Positions 7,964-16,560 of a DNA stretch of 64,000 nucleotides are shown here, one piece after another. Each line of letters opens with the position of its first letter. The stretch's first letter is position 1. The notes beneath the pieces were generated by a model, which was not told the origin of the DNA, made no database searches, and saw nothing but the letters and a program-made list of their open reading frames with translations. This DNA is from an uncultured Candidatus Saccharibacteria bacterium (GTDB lineage: Bacteria > Patescibacteriota > Minisyncoccia > Phycocordibacterales > Phycocordibacteraceae), in assembly GCA_964546795.1 (NCBI GenBank), contig CAZJKG010000004.1, positions 18,994 to 82,993 of the forward strand, in the 5' to 3' direction. The translations under genes and the position numbers were made by a program.

Positions 7964-10144
7964 GTGAATCCAGAAGATATTCTAGAGAAGCATTTTACGC
8001 GCCTGAAAACTGAGCAGAAACGGGCGTTGCATAAGCTTGGGATACGGACCGTGCGCGACCTGCTCTACCACTTTCCGGCCCGCTATGAATCGAGCGGATC
8101 GCTGGGAACAATAGCCGGGGTGGCGGCTGGAGCGGAAGTGACGCTCTACGGTACGGTAAGAAAGCCCGATATCAGGAAGACGTGGAAAAGCCGCCGGCCG
8201 ATAGCAGAGGCATGGCTTGAGGATGCCTCGGGGAAAATAAAGATGATGTGGTTCTCGCAGCCATACATCGCGAAGACACTGCATGACGGCATGCTTGTGA
8301 AAGTCAGCGGCCGAGTAGCGGGCCAAGGCGCAAAGGTATATCTCGCGAATCCAGCTATTGATAGGACACCTATTGATCCTGAGGAAGCGCATGATTCTCT
8401 CTTTCATCAGGGTCGAACCTTGCAACAAGGTTCGACCCTGGATTCAGCACTCTATCCCATCTATCCGGAGAGTCAGGGCGTCTCGTCGCTATGGTTATTG
8501 CATGCGGTCAGAAAGGTCTTTGAGACGGGGACACATGAACGCCTGGAAGATCCCATTCCGAAAGAAATCCTCATTCGCTACAAACTCCCTTCACTCTCTT
8601 CGGCTCTTGTATTCATACACGCGCCGCGGCGGCTCGCAGACAGCGCGGCGGCGCGCAAACGTTTCGCTTTTGAAGAAGTTTTTGCGCTCCAAGTCGTGAT
8701 GCAACAGCGCCGGCGCACTCTTGCAGCACAGAGCGCGCTTTCGGTCGCGGTGGACCGACAGGCGCTTGCGGACTTTGTCGCATCCTTCCCTTTCCCAGCG
8801 ACCGCCGCGCAGATGCGCGCGATAGAGGCCATCGTTGCCGACTTCAAGAAAACACATCCGATGCTCCGCCTCCTGGAGGGCGATGTGGGGAGCGGCAAGA
8901 CCGCAGTGGCGGCGGCGACCGCATATCTTGTCGCCACGTCGCTGCCGAAGGGCCGCATTGCCGGAACGCTCCAGGTCGCCTATCTAGTCCCTACCGAGAT
9001 TCTCGCCAAACAGCATTTCTCCACATTCGTTTCCTATTTTAAGGACCATCCCATCCCGATCGGCCTTATTACGGGAAGCGAGTGCCGGAAGTTCCCTTCC
9101 AGAGTCAGGTATGAGGAATCCGCAAAACTATCAAAGGCGGCATTCAAGAAAATGGTGGCGAACGGCGAGATTCCCATCGTTATCGGCACGCACGCGCTCA
9201 TTGAGAAATCGCTTTCATTCAAATATTTCGCTTATGCCATCATTGACGAACAGCACCGCTTCGGCACTATGCATCGGCAGAAACTCGCAACAAAAGGTGA
9301 GACAATGCCGCATCTCCTGTCCATGACGGCAACGCCAATTCCACGGACGCTTGCCCTCACTCTGTACGGCGATCTTGACCTCACTCTACTCGACGAAATG
9401 CCCTCGGGCAGAAAACCGGTTGCAACCCAAGTGCTTGGACCGAAAGAACGCGACATCGCGTACGAGCGCGTGCGCAAGGAGCTGGCCGCCGGTCACCAAG
9501 TATATGTCATCTGTCCGCGCATTGATGAACCTGATCCAGCGAAGGAACTTGCGCTCCAGGCCAAGTCGGTCAAGGCGGAGGCGGCACGGCTCTCGCGTGA
9601 GGTATTCAAGAACGCGACGATAGATATTCTGCACAGCAAGATGCGGCCGTCGGAGAAAGAAGAGGCGATGAAGAAATTCGAGAACAGGAAAATTGATATT
9701 CTCGTGGCGACATCCGTCGTTGAAGTTGGCGTCAATGTCCCGAATGCAACCGTTATCCTAATAGAAGGTGCCGAACGCTTCGGACTCGCGCAACTCCACC
9801 AATTGCGCGGCCGAGTGCTGCGCTCCACGCATCAGTCCTATTGTTTCGCACTGCCCGAATCATTCGGCACCGCGACCAGAGAACGCATGAAAGCCCTTTC
9901 CTCGGCGAAAAATGGGTTTGAACTCGCCGAGTATGATCTCGCATTGCGCGGCGCCGGAGAGCTCGCGGGCGGCAAGCAATGGGGTATTTCGGACATAGCA
10001 ATGGAAGCGCTGAAAAACATCAAGTTGGTGGAGGCGGCGCGTGCAGAGGCGGCGCGCCTTGTTGCTCTCGACCCTGCGTTAAAAAACCATCCCGCACTTT
10101 CTCTGCGCGCTCTCACGGCCGACCGCGAGATGCATTTGGAGTAG
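7964..10144 (+). CDS. recG: ATP-dependent DNA helicase RecG
   Basis: Walker A LEGDVGSGKTAVA; DEQHRFG (DEQH box); helicase C motifs. The longest ORF starts at 7787 but overlaps malic enzyme antisense, so the start was moved to GTG 7964 (VNPEDILEKHF...LGIRTVRDLLYHFPARYE). Confidence 0.8.
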   Translation: MNPEDILEKHFTRLKTEQKRALHKLGIRTVRDLLYHFPARYESSGSLGTIAGVAAGAEVTLYGTVRKPDIRKTWKSRRPIAEAWLEDASGKIKMMWFSQPYIAKTLHDGMLVKVSGRVAGQGAKVYLANPAIDRTPIDPEEAHDSLFHQGRTLQQGSTLDSALYPIYPESQGVSSLWLLHAVRKVFETGTHERLEDPIPKEILIRYKLPSLSSALVFIHAPRRLADSAAARKRFAFEEVFALQVVMQQRRRTLAAQSALSVAVDRQALADFVASFPFPATAAQMRAIEAIVADFKKTHPMLRLLEGDVGSGKTAVAAATAYLVATSLPKGRIAGTLQVAYLVPTEILAKQHFSTFVSYFKDHPIPIGLITGSECRKFPSRVRYEESAKLSKAAFKKMVANGEIPIVIGTHALIEKSLSFKYFAYAIIDEQHRFGTMHRQKLATKGETMPHLLSMTATPIPRTLALTLYGDLDLTLLDEMPSGRKPVATQVLGPKERDIAYERVRKELAAGHQVYVICPRIDEPDPAKELALQAKSVKAEAARLSREVFKNATIDILHSKMRPSEKEEAMKKFENRKIDILVATSVVEVGVNVPNATVILIEGAERFGLAQLHQLRGRVLRSTHQSYCFALPESFGTATRERMKALSSAKNGFELAEYDLALRGAGELAGGKQWGISDIAMEALKNIKLVEAARAEAARLVALDPALKNHPALSLRALTADREMHLE

Positions 10145-10167
10145 CGGTGCGTTACAGTACAGATACA

Positions 10168-10241
10168 CCGCCCCTAGCTCAGCTGGTTAGAGCATCGAGC
10201 TTATACCTCGAGGGTCCTTGGTTCGAGTCCAAGGGGGCGGA
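10168..10241 (+). tRNA. tRNA-Ile (UAU)
   Basis: Acceptor CCGCCCC/GGGGCGG; U8A9; D arm GCUC-AGCUGGUUA-GAGC; anticodon stem UCGAG/CUCGA; loop CUUAUAC; T arm CUUGG-UUCGAGU-CCAAG; discriminator A. Confidence 0.8.
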
Positions 10242-10250
10242 CAAAACAAG

Positions 10251-12227
10251 TTATGCGATATCGCCTGCCTCCGCGGACAGGCCTGAACCGAGTGGCGCGA
10301 TGACGATTCCCTCTTCCTCGCGTTTTTTTGGCGTGATACCGTTGGCAATGAGTATCTTCTCAAATTCGGCGCGTTCAATAGTTTCCTTCTCGATGAGCTC
10401 CTTTGCGATGGCATCGAGCGCGCCGCGATGCTCGGTGATGACTATCTTCGCACGCGCTTTTGCCTCCTCAATGATACGCGCCACCTCGGCGTCTATCTCA
10501 GCCGCGACACGCTCGGAGTATGGCTCGTTACCGAGCTGTCGTTCGCCGAAAGCGATGGGTCCCATTTTCTCGCTCATGCCGTAGCGCACGACCATGTCGC
10601 GTGCGAGCGCCGTGATGACCATGAGATCATTACTCGGCCCCGTGGTTACGTCGTCAAAAAGCATTTCTTCCGCGACGTAGCCGCCGAGCGTCGCGGCGAT
10701 ATCGTCAAGGAATTGTTTTTTGGAATGCATCTTCCTGTCCTCAAAAGGAAGCTTCAATGTGTAGCCGGCAGCGCGCCCGCGACTGATGATGGAAATCTTA
10801 TGCACCGGATCGGCGTTCGGGAGCACCGAAGAAACGAGTGCATGTCCGGCCTCGTGATATGACGTGAGTTCTTTTTCCTTCTTGGAGAGCAGGTGGCTTT
10901 TGCGTTCCGGGCCGAGCATCACTTTTTCTATGGAGCGGATGAGGTCGTACTGTGTCACTTCGGTCCTGTTCTCCCGCGCTGCAAGAATAGCCCCTTCATT
11001 CATAAGCGAGTAGAGCTCGGCTCCTGAGAAACCGGGCGTGCGCTCGGCGATGACCGACAACGTTACATCCGGTCCCAAGGGCTTCTTGCGCGCATGTATC
11101 TGCAGTATCTCCTCGCGATCCTTCCTGTCCGGAAGGTCAATGGTAACGCGCCTATCAAAACGCCCCGGGCGCAACAATGCCGGATCAAGGACGTCGGGCC
11201 TATTGGTCGCTGCCATGACCACCACCTTTTCGGTTGGCTCGAAACCGTCCATTTCAACGAGTATCTGATTGAGTGTTTGTTCGCGCTCGTCATTGCCGCC
11301 ACCGACTCCCGCGCCGCGCACGCGCCCGACCGCGTCTATCTCGTCCACAAAAATGATGGCCGGGGCGGCTTTCTTCGCCAATTGAAAGAGATCGCGCACT
11401 CTTGAAGCCCCGACGCCGACAAACATCTCCACAAACTCGGAACCCGATATGGAGAAAAACGGTACGCCTGCTTCGCCGGCGACCGCGCGCGCCAAGAGCG
11501 TCTTGCCCGTACCTGGCGCGCCCATGAGGATGATACCTTTCGGGATGCGCGCGCCTATATCCAAAAATTTCTTCGGGCTCTTGAGGAAGTCCACGATCTC
11601 CAGAAGTTCTTCTTTCGCTTCGCGTGCGCCCGCGACATCCGCGAAGGTAACCCGCTGCGAAGAGTCGGCGGGGTCAATGACGCGCGCTTTTGATTGTCCG
11701 AAGCTGAAGGCCTGCATGCCCGCCCCCTTGACTTGTCGTGAGAGAAACCAAAAGAGAAACGCAATAAAAATAAGTGGCAGAAGAACCGGCGCAAGTGTGA
11801 GGAACCAGAATTGGAATCCCGATTGTCCTTGTATCGTGATGGACACTTTGGAAAGTTCCCCGGGCGTGACACCGTACGTCGCAAGCGTCTCCGGAAGACC
11901 GGCGGAAGGGTCCTTGCGTGACGTTTTATTGGAATCGTCGATGTAGACAAGTTTGAGTGAATCCCCGTTCACAATAATCGAACTTACTTTCCCCGCCGCG
12001 ACATCCGCCGCGACGACCGAGAGCGGAACATCGCTTGTCGGCTCCGTAAAACTCGCTATGAGCGAATACACGCTCATGAGGAGAAGGAAAATAAGAACCG
12101 TGGTTGTGAGATTGCCGAAAAACGAAGGGCCGCCCAAAAACGAGCGCCAGCCACGGCGTGCATTCCCTTTCAAATGAGAAGGGGGTGTCGCGCTCTGTTT
12201 CTGTTTCTTTGCCAGTACAAAAGACAT
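10251..12227 (-). CDS. ftsH: ATP-dependent zinc metalloprotease FtsH
   Basis: AAA+ Walker A GAPGTGKT; SRH region; HEAGHALV zinc-binding motif; two N-terminal TM helices. Confidence 0.95.
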   Translation of the reverse strand: MSFVLAKKQKQSATPPSHLKGNARRGWRSFLGGPSFFGNLTTTVLIFLLLMSVYSLIASFTEPTSDVPLSVVAADVAAGKVSSIIVNGDSLKLVYIDDSNKTSRKDPSAGLPETLATYGVTPGELSKVSITIQGQSGFQFWFLTLAPVLLPLIFIAFLFWFLSRQVKGAGMQAFSFGQSKARVIDPADSSQRVTFADVAGAREAKEELLEIVDFLKSPKKFLDIGARIPKGIILMGAPGTGKTLLARAVAGEAGVPFFSISGSEFVEMFVGVGASRVRDLFQLAKKAAPAIIFVDEIDAVGRVRGAGVGGGNDEREQTLNQILVEMDGFEPTEKVVVMAATNRPDVLDPALLRPGRFDRRVTIDLPDRKDREEILQIHARKKPLGPDVTLSVIAERTPGFSGAELYSLMNEGAILAARENRTEVTQYDLIRSIEKVMLGPERKSHLLSKKEKELTSYHEAGHALVSSVLPNADPVHKISIISRGRAAGYTLKLPFEDRKMHSKKQFLDDIAATLGGYVAEEMLFDDVTTGPSNDLMVITALARDMVVRYGMSEKMGPIAFGERQLGNEPYSERVAAEIDAEVARIIEEAKARAKIVITEHRGALDAIAKELIEKETIERAEFEKILIANGITPKKREEEGIVIAPLGSGLSAEAGDIA

Positions 12228-12283
12228 GTGAAGGAGTATACAGAAAAACGCCCGATTTTCCTATTTTTCGCTATACTCACGCT

Positions 12284-12727
12284 ATGACGCTTGTGAAAAA
12301 CAAAAAAGCTCATCTGAAATATGCGCCGCTTGAGAGTTTCTCGGCGGGTCTTGAACTTCTTGGTTCAGAAGTGAAGTCGCTGCGAAATAAGAACGGGTCG
12401 CTTGATGGCGCGCGCGTGGTGGTGCGCGGTGGCGAGGCGTTTCTCGTCGGCATGACGATTCCGCCGTATCAGACGGCGAATATGCCGAAGAGTTACGACC
12501 CAGAACGGTCGCGACGTCTCCTTTTGACAAAGAAAGAAATAGCCACACTCGCCCTCGCCGAGTCCAAGAAGGGATTGACAATTATCCCACTTGAGGTATA
12601 TACTGCGGGTAGATTCGTGAAGGTGCGCATCGCCATCGCTCGCGGTAAAGGTAAGTCCGACAAACGCGAGGACTTGAAGAAGCGTGATGCGCTACGCGAA
12701 ACAGGGCGCGTCTTAAAAAATCGTTAA
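12284..12727 (+). CDS. smpB: SsrA-binding protein SmpB
   Basis: Internal Met start (MTLVKNKKA...) gives a typical ~147-aa SmpB with GSEVKSLR and a C-terminal basic tail. Confidence 0.9.
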   Translation: MTLVKNKKAHLKYAPLESFSAGLELLGSEVKSLRNKNGSLDGARVVVRGGEAFLVGMTIPPYQTANMPKSYDPERSRRLLLTKKEIATLALAESKKGLTIIPLEVYTAGRFVKVRIAIARGKGKSDKREDLKKRDALRETGRVLKNR

Positions 12728-12780
12728 GAACGAAACGTTGATCAGTCGCAGAAAGTACACGATGGTATCATGTGTTTTCT

Positions 12781-13202
12781 GGGGGTGACCGGCTTTGACG
12801 GTCTGTACCTTGAAAGACGTGCGACGCAGTGCACTCCCGTCATCACTTAAAAACGCGGGAAAACAAACTTGCCAAGAACACTCTTGCAAGCGCAATGAAG
12901 TCGCCTTACTTCGGTAAGGTTGGCGACATCGCGTTCGCCTACGCGACGGCTCGCGGCTAACGCCCGACGCCCTCGCCCAGCGCGACGTTCATCCTCTCGA
13001 GTTCCCGCAGTCGGAGGCATGGGCGGAATTATCTGCGTGATCGTCCCTCGCGTTCCCACGCGTTGGGATTAAATAAGGGATCGAGCAGGAATGGTTTCGT
13101 CTGCGTTCCTCGCATCCTGTTTTAGACACTAACGCTGACTATGCGTCGTAGAAGCGCTTTCATAGACGGATTCGGACCGGAGTTCAACTCTCCGCACCTC
13201 CA
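12781..13202 (+). ncRNA. ssrA: tmRNA (ssrA)
   Basis: 5' end GGGGGUGACCGGCUUUGACGG resembles E. coli GGGGCUGAUUCUGGAUUCGACGGG. 3' end UUCGGACCGGAGUUCAACUCUCCGCACCUCCAC resembles UUCGGACGCGGGUUCAACUCCCGCCAGCUCCACCA. Acceptor GGGGGUG/CACCUCC has G3:U70. Lies immediately downstream of smpB. Confidence 0.8.
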
Positions 13203-13282
13203 CAAAATAACGAGTCCTTCCGAGGACGACTATATTTTGTGAGAATCCCGAGCGTACTCGCGAGGGGCTCCACAACAAACAT

Positions 13283-13309
13283 AAAACCTGCTCGGCTGAG
13301 CAGGTTTTA
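13283..13309 (+). terminator. Rho-independent terminator hairpin, bidirectional-looking
   Basis: aaaaCCTGCTCggctGAGCAGGtttt: stem 7 bp, loop 4 nt, flanked by an A-tract and a T-tract. Lies between tmRNA and a minus-strand small ORF. Confidence 0.6.
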
Positions 13310-13333
13310 TGGGGAACTATATACAAAGCTACC

Positions 13334-13537
13334 CTAGCGTTTAGAGGCATTTTTCTCGATTAAATATTGGTTTATTTGTTCTAGTTGAGCGACCTTATCC
13401 TCTAACTCACGAATGCGCTTCTTCCCAAACAAGTTGCTTATAGTGTCGCCAATATCGTCTAATAGCTTTAGTAGTAGAGCCACTGGATATAAAAAGATAA
13501 AAGCCAAAAACTTTTTCATATTTACCAAAAATGCCAC
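13334..13537 (-). CDS. Small membrane/coiled-coil protein (hypothetical)
   Basis: Hydrophobic helix FLAFIFLYPVALLLKLL, then a heptad-like tail ELEDKVAQLEQINQYLIEK. A second 38-aa TM mini-ORF lies immediately upstream at about 13529..13645 (minus strand). Confidence 0.3.
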   Translation of the reverse strand: MAFLVNMKKFLAFIFLYPVALLLKLLDDIGDTISNLFGKKRIRELEDKVAQLEQINQYLIEKNASKR

Positions 13538-13688
13538 AGAGCAATAAGACCGAGGACGACGAGACCGCCTGCCGAGGCGACCAAGATATTGATGTTGCTC
13601 TGTATTTCTTTCAGTTGTTCAAGTATGCGTTGTTCCATACCCACATTCTACCGTACCCTATCGGTTATCCACACATCAGAATATCCCC

Positions 13689-13713
13689 TTGACAGGTCAG
13701 TAAGGTGTATAAT
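13689..13713 (+). promoter_or_regulatory. Promoter-like element (TTGACA ... TATAAT)
   Basis: ttgaca at 13689-13694 and tataat at 13708-13713. The spacer is only 13 bp (atypical), but TG lies directly upstream of the -10. Predicted start about 13720, matching the candidate ncRNA 5' end. Confidence 0.4.
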
Positions 13714-13720
13714 GCGCATA

Positions 13721-14085
13721 GGTAATTGCCTCACGTTTGGCGACATGAGGCGGGCGGCGAAAGCCACGGAAGTCCGTAGAGGGTGGTCTTGCGAGGAGCG
13801 AAAGCTCCGCAAGCCAAACTGCGGGAGCTTTCAAACGGGGAAACCCAAACTTGAAATCCCTCCTGCAAGGCCGCCCCCTGCGGATTTTTCATTGCCTAAT
13901 AAACGAACCGCCCCCAAAGTGGGGGCAGTAGCGCGACTAGTAGGGGCCAGTCAAGACCAAAACGTGGTGAGGGTCGGGAGACATACCCGATATTAAACCT
14001 TACAAGTGTCTGGAAGCTTCTAGACTTCAACAACTCTGCAGAGTAAATCTAGCGTGTCTAGTGCCTCTTCGTTGTGAGCGATTAT
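13721..14085 (+). ncRNA. rnpB: Candidate RNase P RNA (rnpB)
   Basis: Non-coding ~365 nt. Has GGAAGUCCG (compare P4 GGAAAGUCCGG); GGGGAAACCCAAAC (compare GGGGAAACCCA of P15-16 region); GCAAGGCCGCC; a P12-like hairpin UCGGG-AGACAUA-CCCGA. Terminal pairing UAAUUGCCUCAC (13724-13735) with GUGAGCGAUUA (14074-14084) is P1-like. Fold not verified. Confidence 0.4.
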
Positions 14086-14170
14086 GTGCTGGTGGCGGAA
14101 GCGGTATACGCATCTACTTTGTGAGTAGGTATCCTGCGCGGATGTGCGGGTTCAAGTCCCGTCCAGTACA
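14086..14170 (+). tRNA. Atypical class II tRNA: Leu-type body with UGU (Thr) anticodon, G3:U70, A73
   Basis: Acceptor GUGCUGG/CCAGUAC with G3:U70; D arm UGGCGGAAGCGGUAUACGC (compare E. coli tRNA-Leu UGGCGGAAUUGGUAGACGC); anticodon stem UCUAC/GUAGG; loop UUUGUGA; 16-nt variable stem-loop; T arm GCGGG-UUCAAGU-CCCGU; discriminator A. Abuts the candidate rnpB 3' end. Confidence 0.55.
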
Positions 14171-14464
14171 CATCATTACAGCAGAGTAGTGGCGAGTTTC
14201 CTATTAAAATCTACCCTGTAGGGAAAGTATACCCCACCCGTTGAGCGTTATCCACATCCTTACCCGAGGGATTAAGATAGACCTATGAACAACTTCAAGA
14301 ACCTAGCCGACTTTAATAGAGGGGTGTGGACAACGTGTGGTAAGTCGTATACACTATCTGTATATTAATAACTAGGAAGTTGTGAATTTTTGCGGGAGTG
14401 AAAAATTGCAGAAAGGCTCTACTGCGGGGTGTAATTAGGCTAGCGCGAGCTAGAATCGAAAGCA

Positions 14465-15043
14465 CTACGATGAAGGAGTGCCGCCCTTCCACTCCCACAA
14501 AAGTTCGTAACTCTTTAGATAGTTTTCGTCCGTTCTGAAGAAAGTAACTACTTCACAAACAGGAGGCTGGTCGTCTTTAATTGTGGTCTCCAGAGAGCAT
14601 AGGCATTTATAATTATTTATCTCCTTCACAAAACAGTAAGCTCCTCGTTTCCCATCTTTATTCTTGTACACCTTGTCTGGGTACTTCAGGATAACGTGAA
14701 GATTTGCAACCCAAAAGTCAAACTCTTCGGCAGTGCGCTTATCGTAAATATGTTTGATAACGCGCGTATTTAGATAGACTTTATTGCACGAAGCATCAAT
14801 GCCTTTTACCACAGCAACAGTGAAGTGACATATAAATATCTGTACAAACTGAACGATTGCCTTCTTAGGCGTTCCGCGCACATATTTCTTGTATAGTTGG
14901 GCGAACATCGTCTGATTATTACACTTATTCATAAAAAGGAAATGCTCACAATCATAGGGTAACGTTGTATATAGTTCCCGTTTTATGTTTGTTGACTTCC
15001 CTACTGTTTTTACGTAGTGTGACCGCGGAACGGAAGGATTCAC
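14465..15043 (-). CDS. Hypothetical protein in an AT-richer segment
   Basis: 192-aa ORF with no recognisable motif. Local composition is visibly AT-richer than flanking genes. True start is uncertain; internal Mets exist. Confidence 0.35.
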   Translation of the reverse strand: MNPSVPRSHYVKTVGKSTNIKRELYTTLPYDCEHFLFMNKCNNQTMFAQLYKKYVRGTPKKAIVQFVQIFICHFTVAVVKGIDASCNKVYLNTRVIKHIYDKRTAEEFDFWVANLHVILKYPDKVYKNKDGKRGAYCFVKEINNYKCLCSLETTIKDDQPPVCEVVTFFRTDENYLKSYELLWEWKGGTPSS

Positions 15044-15080
15044 CGACCGTCGCTCATTACAAAAACAAGGAGGGTATCCA

Positions 15081-15794
15081 ATGCCAAGCAGAATCTGTCT
15101 GGCTCTCGATTGTCCAACGACTGCGCAAGCTTATCGCCTCACCAGAGCGCTCGGTAAACGATGCTATGCGGTCAAAATCCACAGTTTGTTCGACGCCGAG
15201 GGAGGACGACGTATTGTCGGCACATTATTGAATGCTGGCGCTAAACGAGTGTGGGTTGATGCGAAACTCCATGACACTCCGAAAGCGGCGGCTAAACGCG
15301 CAGCAGCAATCGCTTGTTATGGCGCTCATATCATCTCGGTACATGCAAGCGGCGATGTTCCGATGATGAAAGCGGTTGTGGACCGGCTTAACACGACTTT
15401 TGGATCGGGCGCTGTGTCGGTGTGGGCGATCACTCTTCTGACGTCACTTGAGTCGCGGGGAATTGCTCGTATCTACGGCAGGGGACGGACGCCACAAGAG
15501 ATCGTGACCGAACTCGCCCTGATGGCGAAGGAGGCCGGATTAAAATGTGTCGTTTGTTCACCATGGGAGGTCAAACTACTTTCCAAGCATCCGAACCTCC
15601 AAGGGTTGGAGTTGGTGACGCCCGCTGTCCGTTCTGAGAAAGTGAATGCTGGCGATCACAAGCGGTTCAGCACTCCAAAGAAAGCCATCGACAGTGGCGC
15701 GAACCTCATTGTCGTCGGCGAAGAAGTGACCGAGGCAGAAGATCCGGTGGCGGCATTCAACGCCATTGAGAAAGAAATTGCTGACATCTCATAA
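15081..15794 (+). CDS. pyrF: Orotidine 5'-phosphate decarboxylase
   Basis: LALD...VWVDAKLHDTPKAA (DxKxxDIP motif) and GANLIVVG. A Shine-Dalgarno aaggagg lies 7 nt upstream. Confidence 0.85.
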   Translation: MPSRICLALDCPTTAQAYRLTRALGKRCYAVKIHSLFDAEGGRRIVGTLLNAGAKRVWVDAKLHDTPKAAAKRAAAIACYGAHIISVHASGDVPMMKAVVDRLNTTFGSGAVSVWAITLLTSLESRGIARIYGRGRTPQEIVTELALMAKEAGLKCVVCSPWEVKLLSKHPNLQGLELVTPAVRSEKVNAGDHKRFSTPKKAIDSGANLIVVGEEVTEAEDPVAAFNAIEKEIADIS

Positions 15795-15816
15795 TCAACG
15801 CTGATGGGAGGAAACC

Positions 15817-16494
15817 ATGCTACGCAAAAATACTCCGGGCCAAGAATTCCTTCAATGTGCACTGCGCACCGGCGCGCTTGAGTTCATCCCGGAGGGACGG
15901 AAACTGGAGAGCGGTCGACTGTCGCCCTACTTCTTCAACTCCGGAAAATTCGATAGCGGTAGAACGATGTTGCAGCTGGTCTCTGCATACGCCAAAGTCA
16001 TTCGTGCGAATATCGGCACCGGACTCGAATTTGACCTTCTGTACGGCCCGCCATACAAAGGGACGATCCTTGTTCCCGCCATCGCCATAAAGCTCGAAAC
16101 CATCGGCTGCGGCAATATCCGTTTCTGCACAAGCCGCAAGGAGGCCAAGGATCATGGCGAGGGAGGTTCCCTCATCGGAGCTCCAATAAAAGACACGAGC
16201 CGTGTTCTTATCATTGACGATGTCATTACTGATGGAGGAACGAAACGAGAAGCCGTAGAGTTCATCCGCCAGCAAGGCGGTGAACCCGTCGGTCTCATCA
16301 TAGCTTTCGACCGGCAGGAACGGGGGACGGGAAAACTTTCAGCCGTTCAGGAGTTCGAACGGAAATACAACATTCCTGTGTACGCCATTGCGACGTTGGC
16401 TGACCTGATGTCATTTACGCTCGGTATAGACAACAAGGACATGCCGAATCTCAGGAAGATCATCGACTATAAAGAGAGGTACGGGGTGTTGTGA
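15817..16494 (+). CDS. pyrE: Orotate phosphoribosyltransferase
   Basis: PRPP-binding motif VLIIDDVITDGGTKREAVEF; typical PyrE length. Confidence 0.9.
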   Translation: MLRKNTPGQEFLQCALRTGALEFIPEGRKLESGRLSPYFFNSGKFDSGRTMLQLVSAYAKVIRANIGTGLEFDLLYGPPYKGTILVPAIAIKLETIGCGNIRFCTSRKEAKDHGEGGSLIGAPIKDTSRVLIIDDVITDGGTKREAVEFIRQQGGEPVGLIIAFDRQERGTGKLSAVQEFERKYNIPVYAIATLADLMSFTLGIDNKDMPNLRKIIDYKERYGVL

Positions 16495-16560
16495 TGCTTC
16501 GGCCTCAAAAGCAAATGGGACGAAAAGGGGCTGCGACCTGCAAGGTTGCAGCCCTTCTTT

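Noticed and set aside
12713-13350. Several 60-75-aa ORFs on both strands between smpB and 13350
   Set aside because: The region is occupied by tmRNA, which has strongly conserved termini. The ORFs are artefacts of the GC-rich structured RNA.
13589-13996. 135-aa plus-strand ORF
   Set aside because: Lies inside the candidate RNase P RNA, has a Cys/Arg-rich low-complexity translation and no SD sequence. Judged non-coding.
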